NCBI GenBank assembly: GCA_011364975.1
Contig: RDOE01000045.1
Span: 1 to 27,222, forward strand
DNA length: 27,222 nucleotides
Direction: 5' to 3'
From: Promethearchaeota archaeon
GTDB lineage: Archaea > Asgardarchaeota > Lokiarchaeia > Sigyniarchaeales > SOKP01
The first letter of the stretch is position 1. Each line of letters opens with the position of its first letter. Position numbers and translations under genes: made by a program. Shown here one piece after another: positions 1 through 9,698 of the stretch. The notes beneath the pieces are model-generated. The model saw only the letters and a list, made by a program, of their open reading frames with translations, had not been told where the DNA came from and did not search any database.

Positions 1-78
1 TCTAATCCTATGGACAAAGCATACTTTTACCCCTGCTACTGGGAGGATTTATTTCATAAGTAGAAAAGGTAATAAAAA

Positions 79-1839
79 ATGGAATTAGAAAAAAAAGATT
101 GGACGATAATTTTTTTATGTATAATGATTGGGTTACCATTTCTAGGTACTGGTATTTATCTTCATAATAGAAATTTACGTAGAATTAATAATTGTGGAGG
201 GAATTATCACTGGTGCGTATCTTTTGTTGTTGGTGTGGAAAATGGTCCTCAGGACTTAGATCCTATGGTAGCGTGGGATGATAGTTCATTTGCTGTTCAG
301 GATCAAGTTTGTGAAGGATTATTTGGATATAATTTATCTGATCCTAATATGAACATTATACCGAAGCTTGCTAAGAATTTTGGGGTCTGGGAAGGTAAGA
401 ACTATACAGTTAAGCTAAGAGATGATGTATGGTTTCATGATGGTACAAAATTTGATGCATATGCCGCAAAATGGAATTATGATCGATTAAGTTACTTTAT
501 GATTAATGGATTGGCAAAAGCAAGCAAAGTATTTGAATATTTTGATGCTTCATCTGAATCATTTCAACCTATAATTAATCATACTGAAGTGATTGATGAG
601 TTTACACTTAGATTCGGGTTTAATACTCCATATGGTCCATTTGAAGCATTATTATGCTTTAACGGGGCATATATCCTTTCCCCAAGCTCAACACCGCAAA
701 ATCGTCCAATAAACACTAACACTGAAGATTTAGTTGGAACCGGACCTTTTGTATATGATTGTTATGAAAAAGATGTTGAAGTAAGATTCCATGCCTGGGA
801 TTATTATTGGCAAGTTAGGACTCATATTGATGGTATGATCTTTTCGGTTATTAAAGACTCACAAATAAGGAATAACGCATTACTTTCTGGAGATATTGAT
901 CTATTGCTTAATCCAATGAACTCCATGATAGATATCTTTGAATCGGAGCCAGATGTACAAGTAATCAATGCAGGATCTAATGTGAAAATTCAATATCTTG
1001 GAATGAATAATCGTTACATTAATTCAACTTTTAGACGAGCAATAGCACACGCAATTAACAAGTCTTATATTATCGAAGAATTGTTGGAAGGGAAGGAAGT
1101 ACAAATTAAATCTCCAGTTCCTAAAGGCATTTCTTATGCGAATTGGAGTTATAACATCCCCGAATTTAATATTACAAAATCCAGGATCATAATGCAAAGT
1201 ATGGGTTTTGGTGTAGAATGGGATCCAAATTATCCCGGTTCAAATGAAAGTTCTTGGAAAGCTAGTCGGTTTATACATTTAAATTATTCATTAGGGTTTT
1301 ATTGTAGTTCAGATTTCAAATATCGACTTTTTTCTCTTTTAGAAAACGATCTAGCCTTAGTTGGTATAGAACTTGATGACGATCATATAGATTGGGCTGA
1401 ATTCAATGAAGAATACGAACTGTGGTATTGTTATACTGCTGACTTTGCTCTAACATTATCAAGATGGTTTCCAGACTTTAACGATCCAAGCAATTATATA
1501 AACTCAATGTTTACTAACAAATCCCTTGAACATAATAAGGTTAATTATAATGGCTATGAAGCAGCAAAAGATGCAGGGAGAAATCCATTTAATCTTTGGG
1601 ATAATGTTCAACTATTAATGGAGGAAGCTTTAATTGAAGTAAATCAATCATTAAGACAAAAATATTATAACAGAATTCAACAACTTCTTGTTGAAGAAGA
1701 TATACCTTGGGCTTATGGAGTTGTGGATTTAAATTACGATGTTTGGAACATATATGTAAAAGGATTTCCATCTAACCCCATGGATAAGGCTTATTTTTAC
1801 CCCTGTTACTGGACCGATACTGCTCTTTATGCTCAATAA
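79..1839 (+). CDS. ABC transporter substrate-binding protein, family 5 (OppA/DppA-like), N-terminal membrane anchor
   Basis: 586-aa ORF with family-5 motifs DLDP, 'QVCEGL', 'LRDDVWFHDGTKFDA', 'VGTGPF', 'FRRAIAHAINK' and 'W.PDFNDP'; hydrophobic helix at about aa 9-28. Confidence 0.9.
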   Translation: MELEKKDWTIIFLCIMIGLPFLGTGIYLHNRNLRRINNCGGNYHWCVSFVVGVENGPQDLDPMVAWDDSSFAVQDQVCEGLFGYNLSDPNMNIIPKLAKNFGVWEGKNYTVKLRDDVWFHDGTKFDAYAAKWNYDRLSYFMINGLAKASKVFEYFDASSESFQPIINHTEVIDEFTLRFGFNTPYGPFEALLCFNGAYILSPSSTPQNRPINTNTEDLVGTGPFVYDCYEKDVEVRFHAWDYYWQVRTHIDGMIFSVIKDSQIRNNALLSGDIDLLLNPMNSMIDIFESEPDVQVINAGSNVKIQYLGMNNRYINSTFRRAIAHAINKSYIIEELLEGKEVQIKSPVPKGISYANWSYNIPEFNITKSRIIMQSMGFGVEWDPNYPGSNESSWKASRFIHLNYSLGFYCSSDFKYRLFSLLENDLALVGIELDDDHIDWAEFNEEYELWYCYTADFALTLSRWFPDFNDPSNYINSMFTNKSLEHNKVNYNGYEAAKDAGRNPFNLWDNVQLLMEEALIEVNQSLRQKYYNRIQQLLVEEDIPWAYGVVDLNYDVWNIYVKGFPSNPMDKAYFYPCYWTDTALYAQ

Positions 1840-1887
1840 ATTAATCTATAATACCAAATTAATGAAGATACATGAAGTTTATACAGC

Positions 1888-3489
1888 TTAATTTTGATTT
1901 TCTAATTCAAGTTGCTCTTCTATTTTTTTAATGGCATTTGAAGCATGTATCCGGACTACACGGTGAAAATCATTTACCCTTGTCAATAGTGCACTCAAAG
2001 CATTTTTACCTCCGTAATCTTCGAGAAATTTAATTAAAGCTATTTTTACCTTGAAATTTTCATCCTCACTTTTCTTAAGATACTCAATCAAGACAGTAAC
2101 ATCTTTATTAAGCGATCTTTTTAATGATTCATCGTGATCCTTAGTTTTATACCAGTTTCGTTGATATATGTTATAAATGGCATCAACAGCTACTTTTTTC
2201 AAAAGCCAATACGAATCTTGGTTAGTTAAAATAGTAAGAAGGTGATTTAACGAATCTAAACTGCCAATTTTTCCTAGTGCTATAACCGCATTTTTCTTAA
2301 TATCAACATTTCTTGTCTTAAGTAGAGCACTAATGGGATTTACAAACTCTAAAGAACCGATCTCACCTAAAAGGAAAGCAATACTTTCTTTTATCGTATC
2401 ATTATCTGATTTCAAATAACTAAAAAGATAATCATAGGATGCATTTAAATTAGCGAGATAAATCTTTTTAATTGCATCCATTATATATAATTTCATATCC
2501 AAGTCCGTATATTCAAAACTTACATCTTCAATATTGAGAATTGAAAGAAGCTCTGGAACAGCCGATAAATCACCAATCTCTCCCAATGCTTCTATAGCCG
2601 CGATACTAACCTCATTATAGATATTATCTAAATCCTGAACTAGAAGATCGACAGCATCTGAAACATGAAGTTTACCTGCTAAAGTAATAGCATTCTTTTT
2701 GATAATAAAGTCGTCATTCATCAAAAAATTTATAATTTCTCTATTTACTTCAGGTCCAAGTAACTTTAAAATGGTTAATACTGAGGAAATTAATTCTTGA
2801 TCTTCTTCCTTCAAAATTCGAGTAATTTCGTTAAGTATTTTCCTTCTATTAATCTTTAGGGTTGCTACAATTTCAGGATATTTAATTTCGATATAACTTA
2901 AATCTCCAAATGTTAAATTTATACTTTTAAGTTCATACCCGATTAATTTGATAATCTCCGATTTATGGGAGTTCGAAATATTCTCCTTGTTCAAAAAATC
3001 TATTAAAGAATTAACAAGAATTCCCGGTTTTACAGTTATGAGCTGATTTTTGACATATTCCCTTATTGTATTGTACTTTGAATCAAGTTCATTAATAAAT
3101 AGCTTTATTTCAGGAATTTCAAAATTAGTTTTATATATGGCTTTAAGAATAGTTTTTTTTAGGTCAATATCTTCAACACCTTGTTCTAAAAACCATTTTA
3201 AAGGTTTAAGGACTTCACTATATCTCAATTTGCCTAACCCTTTTGCAGCCTCACATTTAATTTCAATCCCATCTTCAGAGATTAGTATATTTTCAAGGGT
3301 GTTAAAGCAGTCCTTTTTTAAGTAAGGAGCATCCTTGCTAACCAAACTTAAATATTTAATTGCTCCTTTTCTTTTATTAAAATCTTGTTCATTATCCAAA
3401 ATTTCTGACAAAAATTTAAAAGAATTTTCGACACCAAATTCCTCCCTTCTTTGAAAAATTTCCTCGGGTGATATGTTTGGATTTATCAT
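1888..3489 (-). CDS. HEAT-repeat (PBS-lyase-type) alpha-solenoid protein
   Basis: Repeated units such as 'AAKGLGKL', 'AAIEALGEIGDLSAVPEL', 'IAFLLGEIGS' and 'NAVIALGKIGS'. Confidence 0.85.
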   Translation of the reverse strand: MINPNISPEEIFQRREEFGVENSFKFLSEILDNEQDFNKRKGAIKYLSLVSKDAPYLKKDCFNTLENILISEDGIEIKCEAAKGLGKLRYSEVLKPLKWFLEQGVEDIDLKKTILKAIYKTNFEIPEIKLFINELDSKYNTIREYVKNQLITVKPGILVNSLIDFLNKENISNSHKSEIIKLIGYELKSINLTFGDLSYIEIKYPEIVATLKINRRKILNEITRILKEEDQELISSVLTILKLLGPEVNREIINFLMNDDFIIKKNAITLAGKLHVSDAVDLLVQDLDNIYNEVSIAAIEALGEIGDLSAVPELLSILNIEDVSFEYTDLDMKLYIMDAIKKIYLANLNASYDYLFSYLKSDNDTIKESIAFLLGEIGSLEFVNPISALLKTRNVDIKKNAVIALGKIGSLDSLNHLLTILTNQDSYWLLKKVAVDAIYNIYQRNWYKTKDHDESLKRSLNKDVTVLIEYLKKSEDENFKVKIALIKFLEDYGGKNALSALLTRVNDFHRVVRIHASNAIKKIEEQLELENQN

Positions 3490-3691
3490 GAGAATTAAGG
3501 ATAATTTTTAAAAACCAAAATAAAAATTCTAATTATTATCATCTTAGATCAATTGGGTATAAAAATATTTCTAAAATCAGTAATAAGATGGATAAATAAT
3601 TAGGAAAAAGAAAAAAATGATCGAAAATCGAGGAAAAAGAAGTTAAGGTCTTTGATAAATAAGAGGGTGTTCCATAAAGTTATTCTAATAT

Positions 3692-4372
3692 TTAGAAATA
3701 TTTCCCAAAAAAGTATTCCATTGCTAAATTAGTTGCGTTTCTAATATGTTTATTTACTGCGCTTTCGGTTATTTTAAACTGGTCAGCAATCCTCTTTGCA
3801 CTAATTCTTTTAGGAGAATTAAAATAACCATTTTTAGCTGCAAATTTTACAATCTCTTCTTGTGCTTTAGTAAAATTTGGAAAAGGAATTATTGATTCCC
3901 ATATGTTGCTTTCCGAATTTTTTATTTCATCAATATCATTTATTGCTATAATGGTATAATTCTCAGTTAACCCCGATAATGTTTTAAACAACGTTTTTAC
4001 GTAAGCCGAGTGAGCTATTATATTAATCAATAATACTTCTTTGGAAACATGAATTGGAAAAATAAATGCCCATGGACCTGGATTAACTATTGGAAAAAAT
4101 CCGGTAGGTCTGCTTTGATAGATTACACAAAGAATCTCATTTCCTTTTCGCTCCAACAGTTGGAAGGTTTCAGGTTTAAAGTGCTTATCGATATACTCAA
4201 AAATATTTTTATCTTGAAAATTTTTAAACTTAATTCGTTGTAATGCAAAGAAATGCTCTTGATCATACTGAAATGCATTTAAAATTTCTACGAATTCTAA
4301 TTCTTCAAATAATTCCGCAAATCCAACCTGCTGCAGGAAGTTTCCAGGAATTTGTAGTCGAATTATTTTCAT
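3692..4372 (-). CDS. Archaeal transcription regulator with C-terminal bacterio-opsin-activator-type HTH (HTH_10)
   Basis: C-terminal 'FTKAQEEIVKFAAKNGYFNSPKRISAKRIADQFKITESAVNKHIRNA' fits the LT..Q...A...GYF..PR..HTH pattern; divergent from the SDR gene. Confidence 0.85.
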   Translation of the reverse strand: MKIIRLQIPGNFLQQVGFAELFEELEFVEILNAFQYDQEHFFALQRIKFKNFQDKNIFEYIDKHFKPETFQLLERKGNEILCVIYQSRPTGFFPIVNPGPWAFIFPIHVSKEVLLINIIAHSAYVKTLFKTLSGLTENYTIIAINDIDEIKNSESNIWESIIPFPNFTKAQEEIVKFAAKNGYFNSPKRISAKRIADQFKITESAVNKHIRNATNLAMEYFFGKYF

Positions 4373-4430
4373 GGAACGATCTCAATATTAAATTCTGTAA
4401 TAATGATATTAATATGACCTATTTTTTGAA

Positions 4431-4446
4431 GGTTGCGATCGCAACC
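4431..4446. promoter_or_regulatory. Perfect 16-bp palindrome GGTTGCGATCGCAACC, candidate operator
   Basis: GC-rich perfect inverted repeat in the AT-rich intergenic region between the divergent regulator and SDR genes; TATA-like TTTTATAA at 4471-4478. Confidence 0.6.
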
Positions 4447-4539
4447 AAATAGATCTAATAGTTCTATTAATTTTATAATAATATAACAGGGTTTTGTTAC
4501 TGAATTTTTTTTAATAATTATTATAAGGAGGAAAATTAC

Positions 4540-5712
4540 ATGAATATTTTACTAACTGGTGCTTTTGGAAACGTAGGTTTAAGTACATTAAATGAACTCT
4601 TAAAACTGAATTACAAGATTAGAGTATTTGAGATAAAGAATCGAAAGAATAAGAAAATAGCAAAAACGTATAAGAATAGAGTAGAGATTTTATGGGGTGA
4701 TCTGCGTGATTATAGGTCTGTGAAAAAAGCCATTCAGAATCAGGACATCATTATTCATTTAGGCGCGATTATTCCACCATTAGCAGACTTTAATCCTAAA
4801 CTTGCGGAGCAAGTTAATGTTGGTGGAACAGTTAACATAATTGAGGCTATGAAAAACCAAGAAAAAAAACCAAAAATAGTCTTTACTTCCTCTATTGCTG
4901 TCTATGGGGATCGTCGGGAAAACCCACTAATTAAAATATCTGATCCCCTCAAGCCAAGCAAAGATGATTTTTATGCGCTTACAAAGATTTCTGCAGAAAA
5001 AGCAATTCGAGATTCTGGTCTAGATTTTGTTATCTTTAGATTAAGCTACATTACTTCAGTTGAAAAATTAGATATGGATCCACTCATGTTCCATATGCCA
5101 TTAGATACATCAATAGAAATTTGTGATACAAAAGATGTTGGATATGCTCTTGCTCGCGCTGTTGAAAACAAAGAGATATGGGGGGAAACGTTACATATTG
5201 CTGGTGGAACCAAATGTAGAACAAGTTATAAAGAATATTTAAATAATATGATGGAAATTTTTGGGTTGGGAAAAGACTTTTTTCCCGAAGTTGCCTTTGC
5301 CAAAAATGATTTTCATTGCGGATTCATGGATACAATGCAATCTCAAGAAAAACTCAATTATCAACATCATACTCTTGATGATTACTATAATGAAGTAAGA
5401 AAAAAGGTGGGTAGTAAAAAGTATTTTATGCCTCTCGTTAGATGGATGGTAAAGATTCACCTCTTAAAAAAGTCAGATCCTTACCGCAGGTCTAGATTTT
5501 TCAAGCGAAAGTCGGGAACGTTCTCAGTGTCTGAAAATAAATTTATTAGGCGGATTCTTTCAAACAATTTTAGGCGAATTGAAGCATTAGAAAAAGAATT
5601 AGCGGAAATTCGAGCCTTAATTACAAATTTAGGCTTGAAAAACCTAAATGAATCGATAAATGAGCCCTCATGTGTAGCTGATTCTAAATATTATAGTATT
5701 GATATGAAATAA
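4540..5712 (+). CDS. NAD(P)-dependent epimerase/dehydratase family (extended SDR, 3-beta-HSD-like)
   Basis: TGAFGNVG nucleotide-binding motif, 'HLGAII', 'VNVGGT', 'FTSSIAVYG', catalytic YALTK; SD AGGAGG at 4526-4531. Confidence 0.88.
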   Translation: MNILLTGAFGNVGLSTLNELLKLNYKIRVFEIKNRKNKKIAKTYKNRVEILWGDLRDYRSVKKAIQNQDIIIHLGAIIPPLADFNPKLAEQVNVGGTVNIIEAMKNQEKKPKIVFTSSIAVYGDRRENPLIKISDPLKPSKDDFYALTKISAEKAIRDSGLDFVIFRLSYITSVEKLDMDPLMFHMPLDTSIEICDTKDVGYALARAVENKEIWGETLHIAGGTKCRTSYKEYLNNMMEIFGLGKDFFPEVAFAKNDFHCGFMDTMQSQEKLNYQHHTLDDYYNEVRKKVGSKKYFMPLVRWMVKIHLLKKSDPYRRSRFFKRKSGTFSVSENKFIRRILSNNFRRIEALEKELAEIRALITNLGLKNLNESINEPSCVADSKYYSIDMK

Positions 5713-5894
5713 ATCAATAGTATGTAGGAATTTTATAACACTTTATCTTAGATTTTAATTTGAAAAATGAAATTTTTAATAGAAAAATAATAAAAGTTAG
5801 TTTCAGTTATGATTGATGAAAATTTATGATTTAATTTTATGGGTTTAAACGAGAAATCTTATTTTCTTTATTTCTTTAAACTTAAGATTAAAAT

Positions 5895-5904
5895 AAAAAA
5901 AAAA
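5895..5904 (-). terminator. Putative archaeal oligo-U terminator
   Basis: T10 on the minus strand, about 14 nt after the stop of the 5918-6508 gene. Confidence 0.4.
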
Positions 5905-5917
5905 GGATTATCGAATT

Positions 5918-6508
5918 TTATATAAAAATAAATATTAAAGGTACTAATCCCAAAATACCAGCCCAAAGTAAATATTTATCACTATTCTTTACTCCATGAA
6001 TCATCAGTAATGGGAATGCGCATAAATTTATAATATACGCCAAACTGGCTGTTAAAATAAACGCCCAAGATATAAGATATATATTACTATATGTATATAC
6101 ATATATTCCCCAACCACATAATCCTAAAATGCCAGATATTAGAAGAAATGGTTGATATTGTTCTCTATTTATGTTTCCAAATATAAATAATAATACCCCA
6201 TATGTAACAAAAAATGGTACTGACTCTAATAACCCAAGAAAAATATAATAAAAATTAACTAAAATCCCCTCAGTTTGTGCCTCAATAGGATCGTGTACAA
6301 TTAAACTCATAGATGGTAAAACAAACGGGATAATTATAAATAATATATTGATAACTGCAATTCTCTTTAATAAGTGTGGTTTTTTAATATCATCGGATTG
6401 TTTTCTTCCTGATTCGAAAATAAGAATATTTTGAATAATTACTAATGCTGCTAAAATTATACGAGATATAGTATATTCATCTTGAAAATAGCCTATAATA
6501 ATTGTCAT
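5918..6508 (-). CDS. Hypothetical multi-pass membrane protein (paralog of 6691-7365)
   Basis: 196 aa, mostly hydrophobic; shares 'GYFQ', 'RIILA', 'KP.LL', 'PFF.TYGVLLF.FG.IN' and 'H.VKN.D..LL.AG.L' with its neighbour. Confidence 0.8.
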   Translation of the reverse strand: MTIIIGYFQDEYTISRIILAALVIIQNILIFESGRKQSDDIKKPHLLKRIAVINILFIIIPFVLPSMSLIVHDPIEAQTEGILVNFYYIFLGLLESVPFFVTYGVLLFIFGNINREQYQPFLLISGILGLCGWGIYVYTYSNIYLISWAFILTASLAYIINLCAFPLLMIHGVKNSDKYLLWAGILGLVPLIFIFI

Positions 6509-6690
6509 TTGTACTATTATATTTGTCTTTAGATTTCATCGGGAATTTAATTCCCATGTATTAATTTTTTATAGGTTTATTAAAAATATAAACCTATTTG
6601 TCAAAAATCAGTCCTGATTTATCATCAAAAATTACTCTAACTAAGAGATAGATATTCAATAAAATGAAAATAGGAAAAAAAGGTTGGAGT

Positions 6691-7365
6691 TTAAGACCAT
6701 AATAGAGATGGGAGAAACAAATTATAAATGGTTACCGCAACAAAGGCAATTAGTCTTAATACCCCCGCTATTAGTAAATTATTATCCTTATTTTTAACTG
6801 AATGAACGATAAATATACCCCATCCTACTAAGTCAATAATTCCAAAAATTGCAGACATTTGGAGAAAGATGGAAATAATTCCATAAGATAGAGAATAATC
6901 AGTTAAAATGTTTATAACTGTAAATAAATTATTGTCAATGATAATTGTTTTAAATCCATTAGAGATAATCCAAAGAATAGACGTCATTTTGAGATAGATA
7001 TGATACCTCGCTTCATTTATTCTCCCAAATCTGAATAAAAGCACACCATATGTGATAAAGAAAGGTAAAGACTGCATTAGACCTAGTAAAACTACATAAC
7101 TCACAGTTAATATCTTATCGAAATCTGTAGGGTTAATCTGAGTTATAGTTGGCATTGAAAGAGGTATAATAAAAAATGCGATGTTAATGATTCCTATATA
7201 AAATAATAACTCTGGTTTGTCTTTTTCATCTAATCCTCTTTGACTTGATCTAATTATAAAATAATTAAGAATAACTGAAAATATTGCTAATATAATCCTT
7301 GGAATAATTACCGCAACTAAAAGTTCATAATCAAAATATTGAAAATAACCAAAAATTAATGTCAT
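6691..7365 (-). CDS. Hypothetical multi-pass membrane protein (paralog of 5918-6508)
   Basis: Hydrophobic ORF. ATG at 7365 (MTLIFGYFQ) is preferred over the track start at 7374 because it aligns with the paralog's MTIIIGYFQ. Confidence 0.8.
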   Translation of the reverse strand: MTLIFGYFQYFDYELLVAVIIPRIILAIFSVILNYFIIRSSQRGLDEKDKPELLFYIGIINIAFFIIPLSMPTITQINPTDFDKILTVSYVVLLGLMQSLPFFITYGVLLFRFGRINEARYHIYLKMTSILWIISNGFKTIIIDNNLFTVINILTDYSLSYGIISIFLQMSAIFGIIDLVGWGIFIVHSVKNKDNNLLIAGVLRLIAFVAVTIYNLFLPSLLWS

Positions 7366-7748
7366 TTCCTTCAAAACTCATTTTTTTAGATTACTATATA
7401 GACTTGGGTCTATTTAGGCTAATAAATACCTACCCTATTATTTAAATTTTCTTAAAAAGGTTAAAGAATAAACCAACAAGAAAAATGTAGAATTTACTAT
7501 AAATTTTGATAATTAATTATTATGATTGATCACAAAAGCTATTAAAAATGACTAATTACCTCAAAAAAGAAATAAATATAAATATTACAAACAACAAAAG
7601 TTTAATAACTATTAGTAATTGTGAAAAAGATTAATAAATCTTGTATTTACAGTTCAAATCTTAACTGAAATTGATCATAATTACTACGTTTAATGTTTCA
7701 TATTGTCAATATACAAAATTGTAGAAAAGGGGTGAATGTATCAAAAAA

Positions 7749-9692
7749 ATGGAAAATTCTGAAATGCAACGGATTGGATACTACGCTTGTCAATGAGGAA
7801 TTAATATCCGAGGAAAAGTTGATTGTGATAAACTTGTAGAATTTGCCAAAACTAATGATGGGGTTGTTGTAGCAAAAACTCACTCGTTTTTATGAACTGA
7901 AAGTGGTCAAAACGAGATTATTGGAGATATCCGAGAAAAGAATTTGACTCGTATTGTTGCATCGGCTTGAACTCCACGAACCCATGAGCCTATATATAGA
8001 GGGTCGATAGCAAAAACTGAACTTAACCCGTATTATTTTCAAATGGTTAACGTTCGGGAACATTGTTCATGGTGTACGGAAAATAACGAAGAAGCCCTCG
8101 AAAAAGCAAAAGTCTTAGTAAAAGCAGGATTAGATCGCGCAAGAACATTAGAAACGGTTCCAATTAAAACAGTACCAGTAGAAAAAGCATGCTTGGTTGT
8201 AGGTGGTGGAATCGCTGGAATGAATGCTGCTCTTGATTTAGCAAATCAAGGGATAAAGGTTTATCTTGTAGAGCGAAAATCAACCATTGGAGGTAGGATG
8301 GCTCAGTTAGATCGAACCTTTCCTACTGATGATTGTGCAATATGAATCTGTGGGCCTAAAATGTTAGAAGTCAATCGTCATGAGAACATAGAAATTTTAA
8401 GCTATGCAGAAGTTAAAAAGGTTGAAGGATATGTTGGTAATTATAATGTTACCATTGAAATTAAACCTCGATTTGTCGATGTTGAAAAATGTAATGGATG
8501 CGGTGCTTGTAGTGAGGTTTGTCCAATATATTCTGATAACTACTTTGATGAACATCTAGGTCCACGTAAAGCCATAGATATAGCATTCGGTCAAGCAGTT
8601 CCCTTTCTTTATGACGTGAATCGGGAAGTTTGTGTCGAATGTTTTTCTTGTGTTGAAGCTTGTGAATTAGATGCAATAGATTTTAGCCAATTACCCAAAG
8701 AATTAGAACGAAAAGTGGGTACAATAATAATTGCTACGGGCTGGGACATTTATGAACCTTTTGGGGAATATGGCTATGGAGAATATGAAAATGTGATAAC
8801 ACAATCCCAATTAGAGAGAATACTAGCACCTAATGGTCCCCTTGAAGGCCATGTTCATCGTATATCAGATACTAAAAAACCTCAAGAAATTGTATTTATT
8901 CAATGTGTAGGAAGTAGAGAGACTGAAAGGACTTATTGTAGCGGAGTCTGCTGTATGTTAGCCTTAAAAAACGGAAAGTTATTAAAAGAAGAGTTTCCCG
9001 ACGCTAACATTACTATCTGTTATATAGACATTAGAACTAATGAAAAAGGATTTGAAGAATATTATCAGCGTTCTAAAGATTCTGGAATCACCATGATTAG
9101 AGGTAAAGTTGGTGAAATATCCGAAGATAAAGAGACAAAAAATGTTAATATTCGAGTATATTCTTCCTTAACGGATGAAATTATACGAATTAGTGCTGAT
9201 TTAGTTATTCTTTCTTCGGCAGCATTACCTTCTAAAGGGACAGAACAAATTGCTAAAGTATTAAACTTAGATGCGGATACCTACGGTTTTTTAACAGAAT
9301 CACATTTTGGGTTAATGCCACAGGAGACAAAATCTAAGGGGATCTTTATCGCGGGATTCGCACAAGGCCCAAAAGATATTGCCTATTCGGTATCTCAGGC
9401 TAGAGCAGCAGCAAGCAAAGTAGCAGAACTAACTTCTCCTGGTGAAATTGATATTGAACTAATCACTGCAGAAGTAAATCCTGAATTCTGTATTATTTGC
9501 AAACGCTGTGAAAAAGAATGCCCGAAGATGGCAATTAAGGTCATGGATGATAAGGGAGCGGTGGTAGATGAAATAAATTGTGATGGTTGCGGAATATGTG
9601 CCACCTGTTGTCCAACAAAAGCGATAGACATTAGATATTATCGAGATCAGCAACTATTTAGCGAAATTGATGGAATTTTAGAGGGAGGTTAA
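7749..9692 (+). CDS. hdrA: Heterodisulfide reductase subunit A, selenoprotein with 4 Sec (647 aa)
   Basis: One frame from ATG 7749 (MENSEMQRIGYYACQUGINI...) to TAA 9690-9692. In-frame TGA at 7794 (CQUG), 7893 (FLUT), 7968 (SAUTPRTHE) and 8343 (DDCAIUICGP). This joins track ORFs 8043-8345 and 8361-9692. GGGIAG FAD motif, CVGSR/YCSGVCC and ferredoxin motifs present; GGGGTGA at 7729-7735. Confidence 0.93.
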
Positions 9693-9698
9693 ACAAAT

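Noticed and set aside
7736-7762. Out-of-frame 8-codon uORF ending in TGA over the hdrA start, as a possible selenium sensor
   Set aside because: Its ATG directly abuts the SD-like sequence, and such short ORFs are expected by chance.
8043-8345. Track ORFs 8043-8345, 8361-9692 and 9954-10154 as separate genes
   Set aside because: They are same-frame fragments of the two selenoprotein genes.
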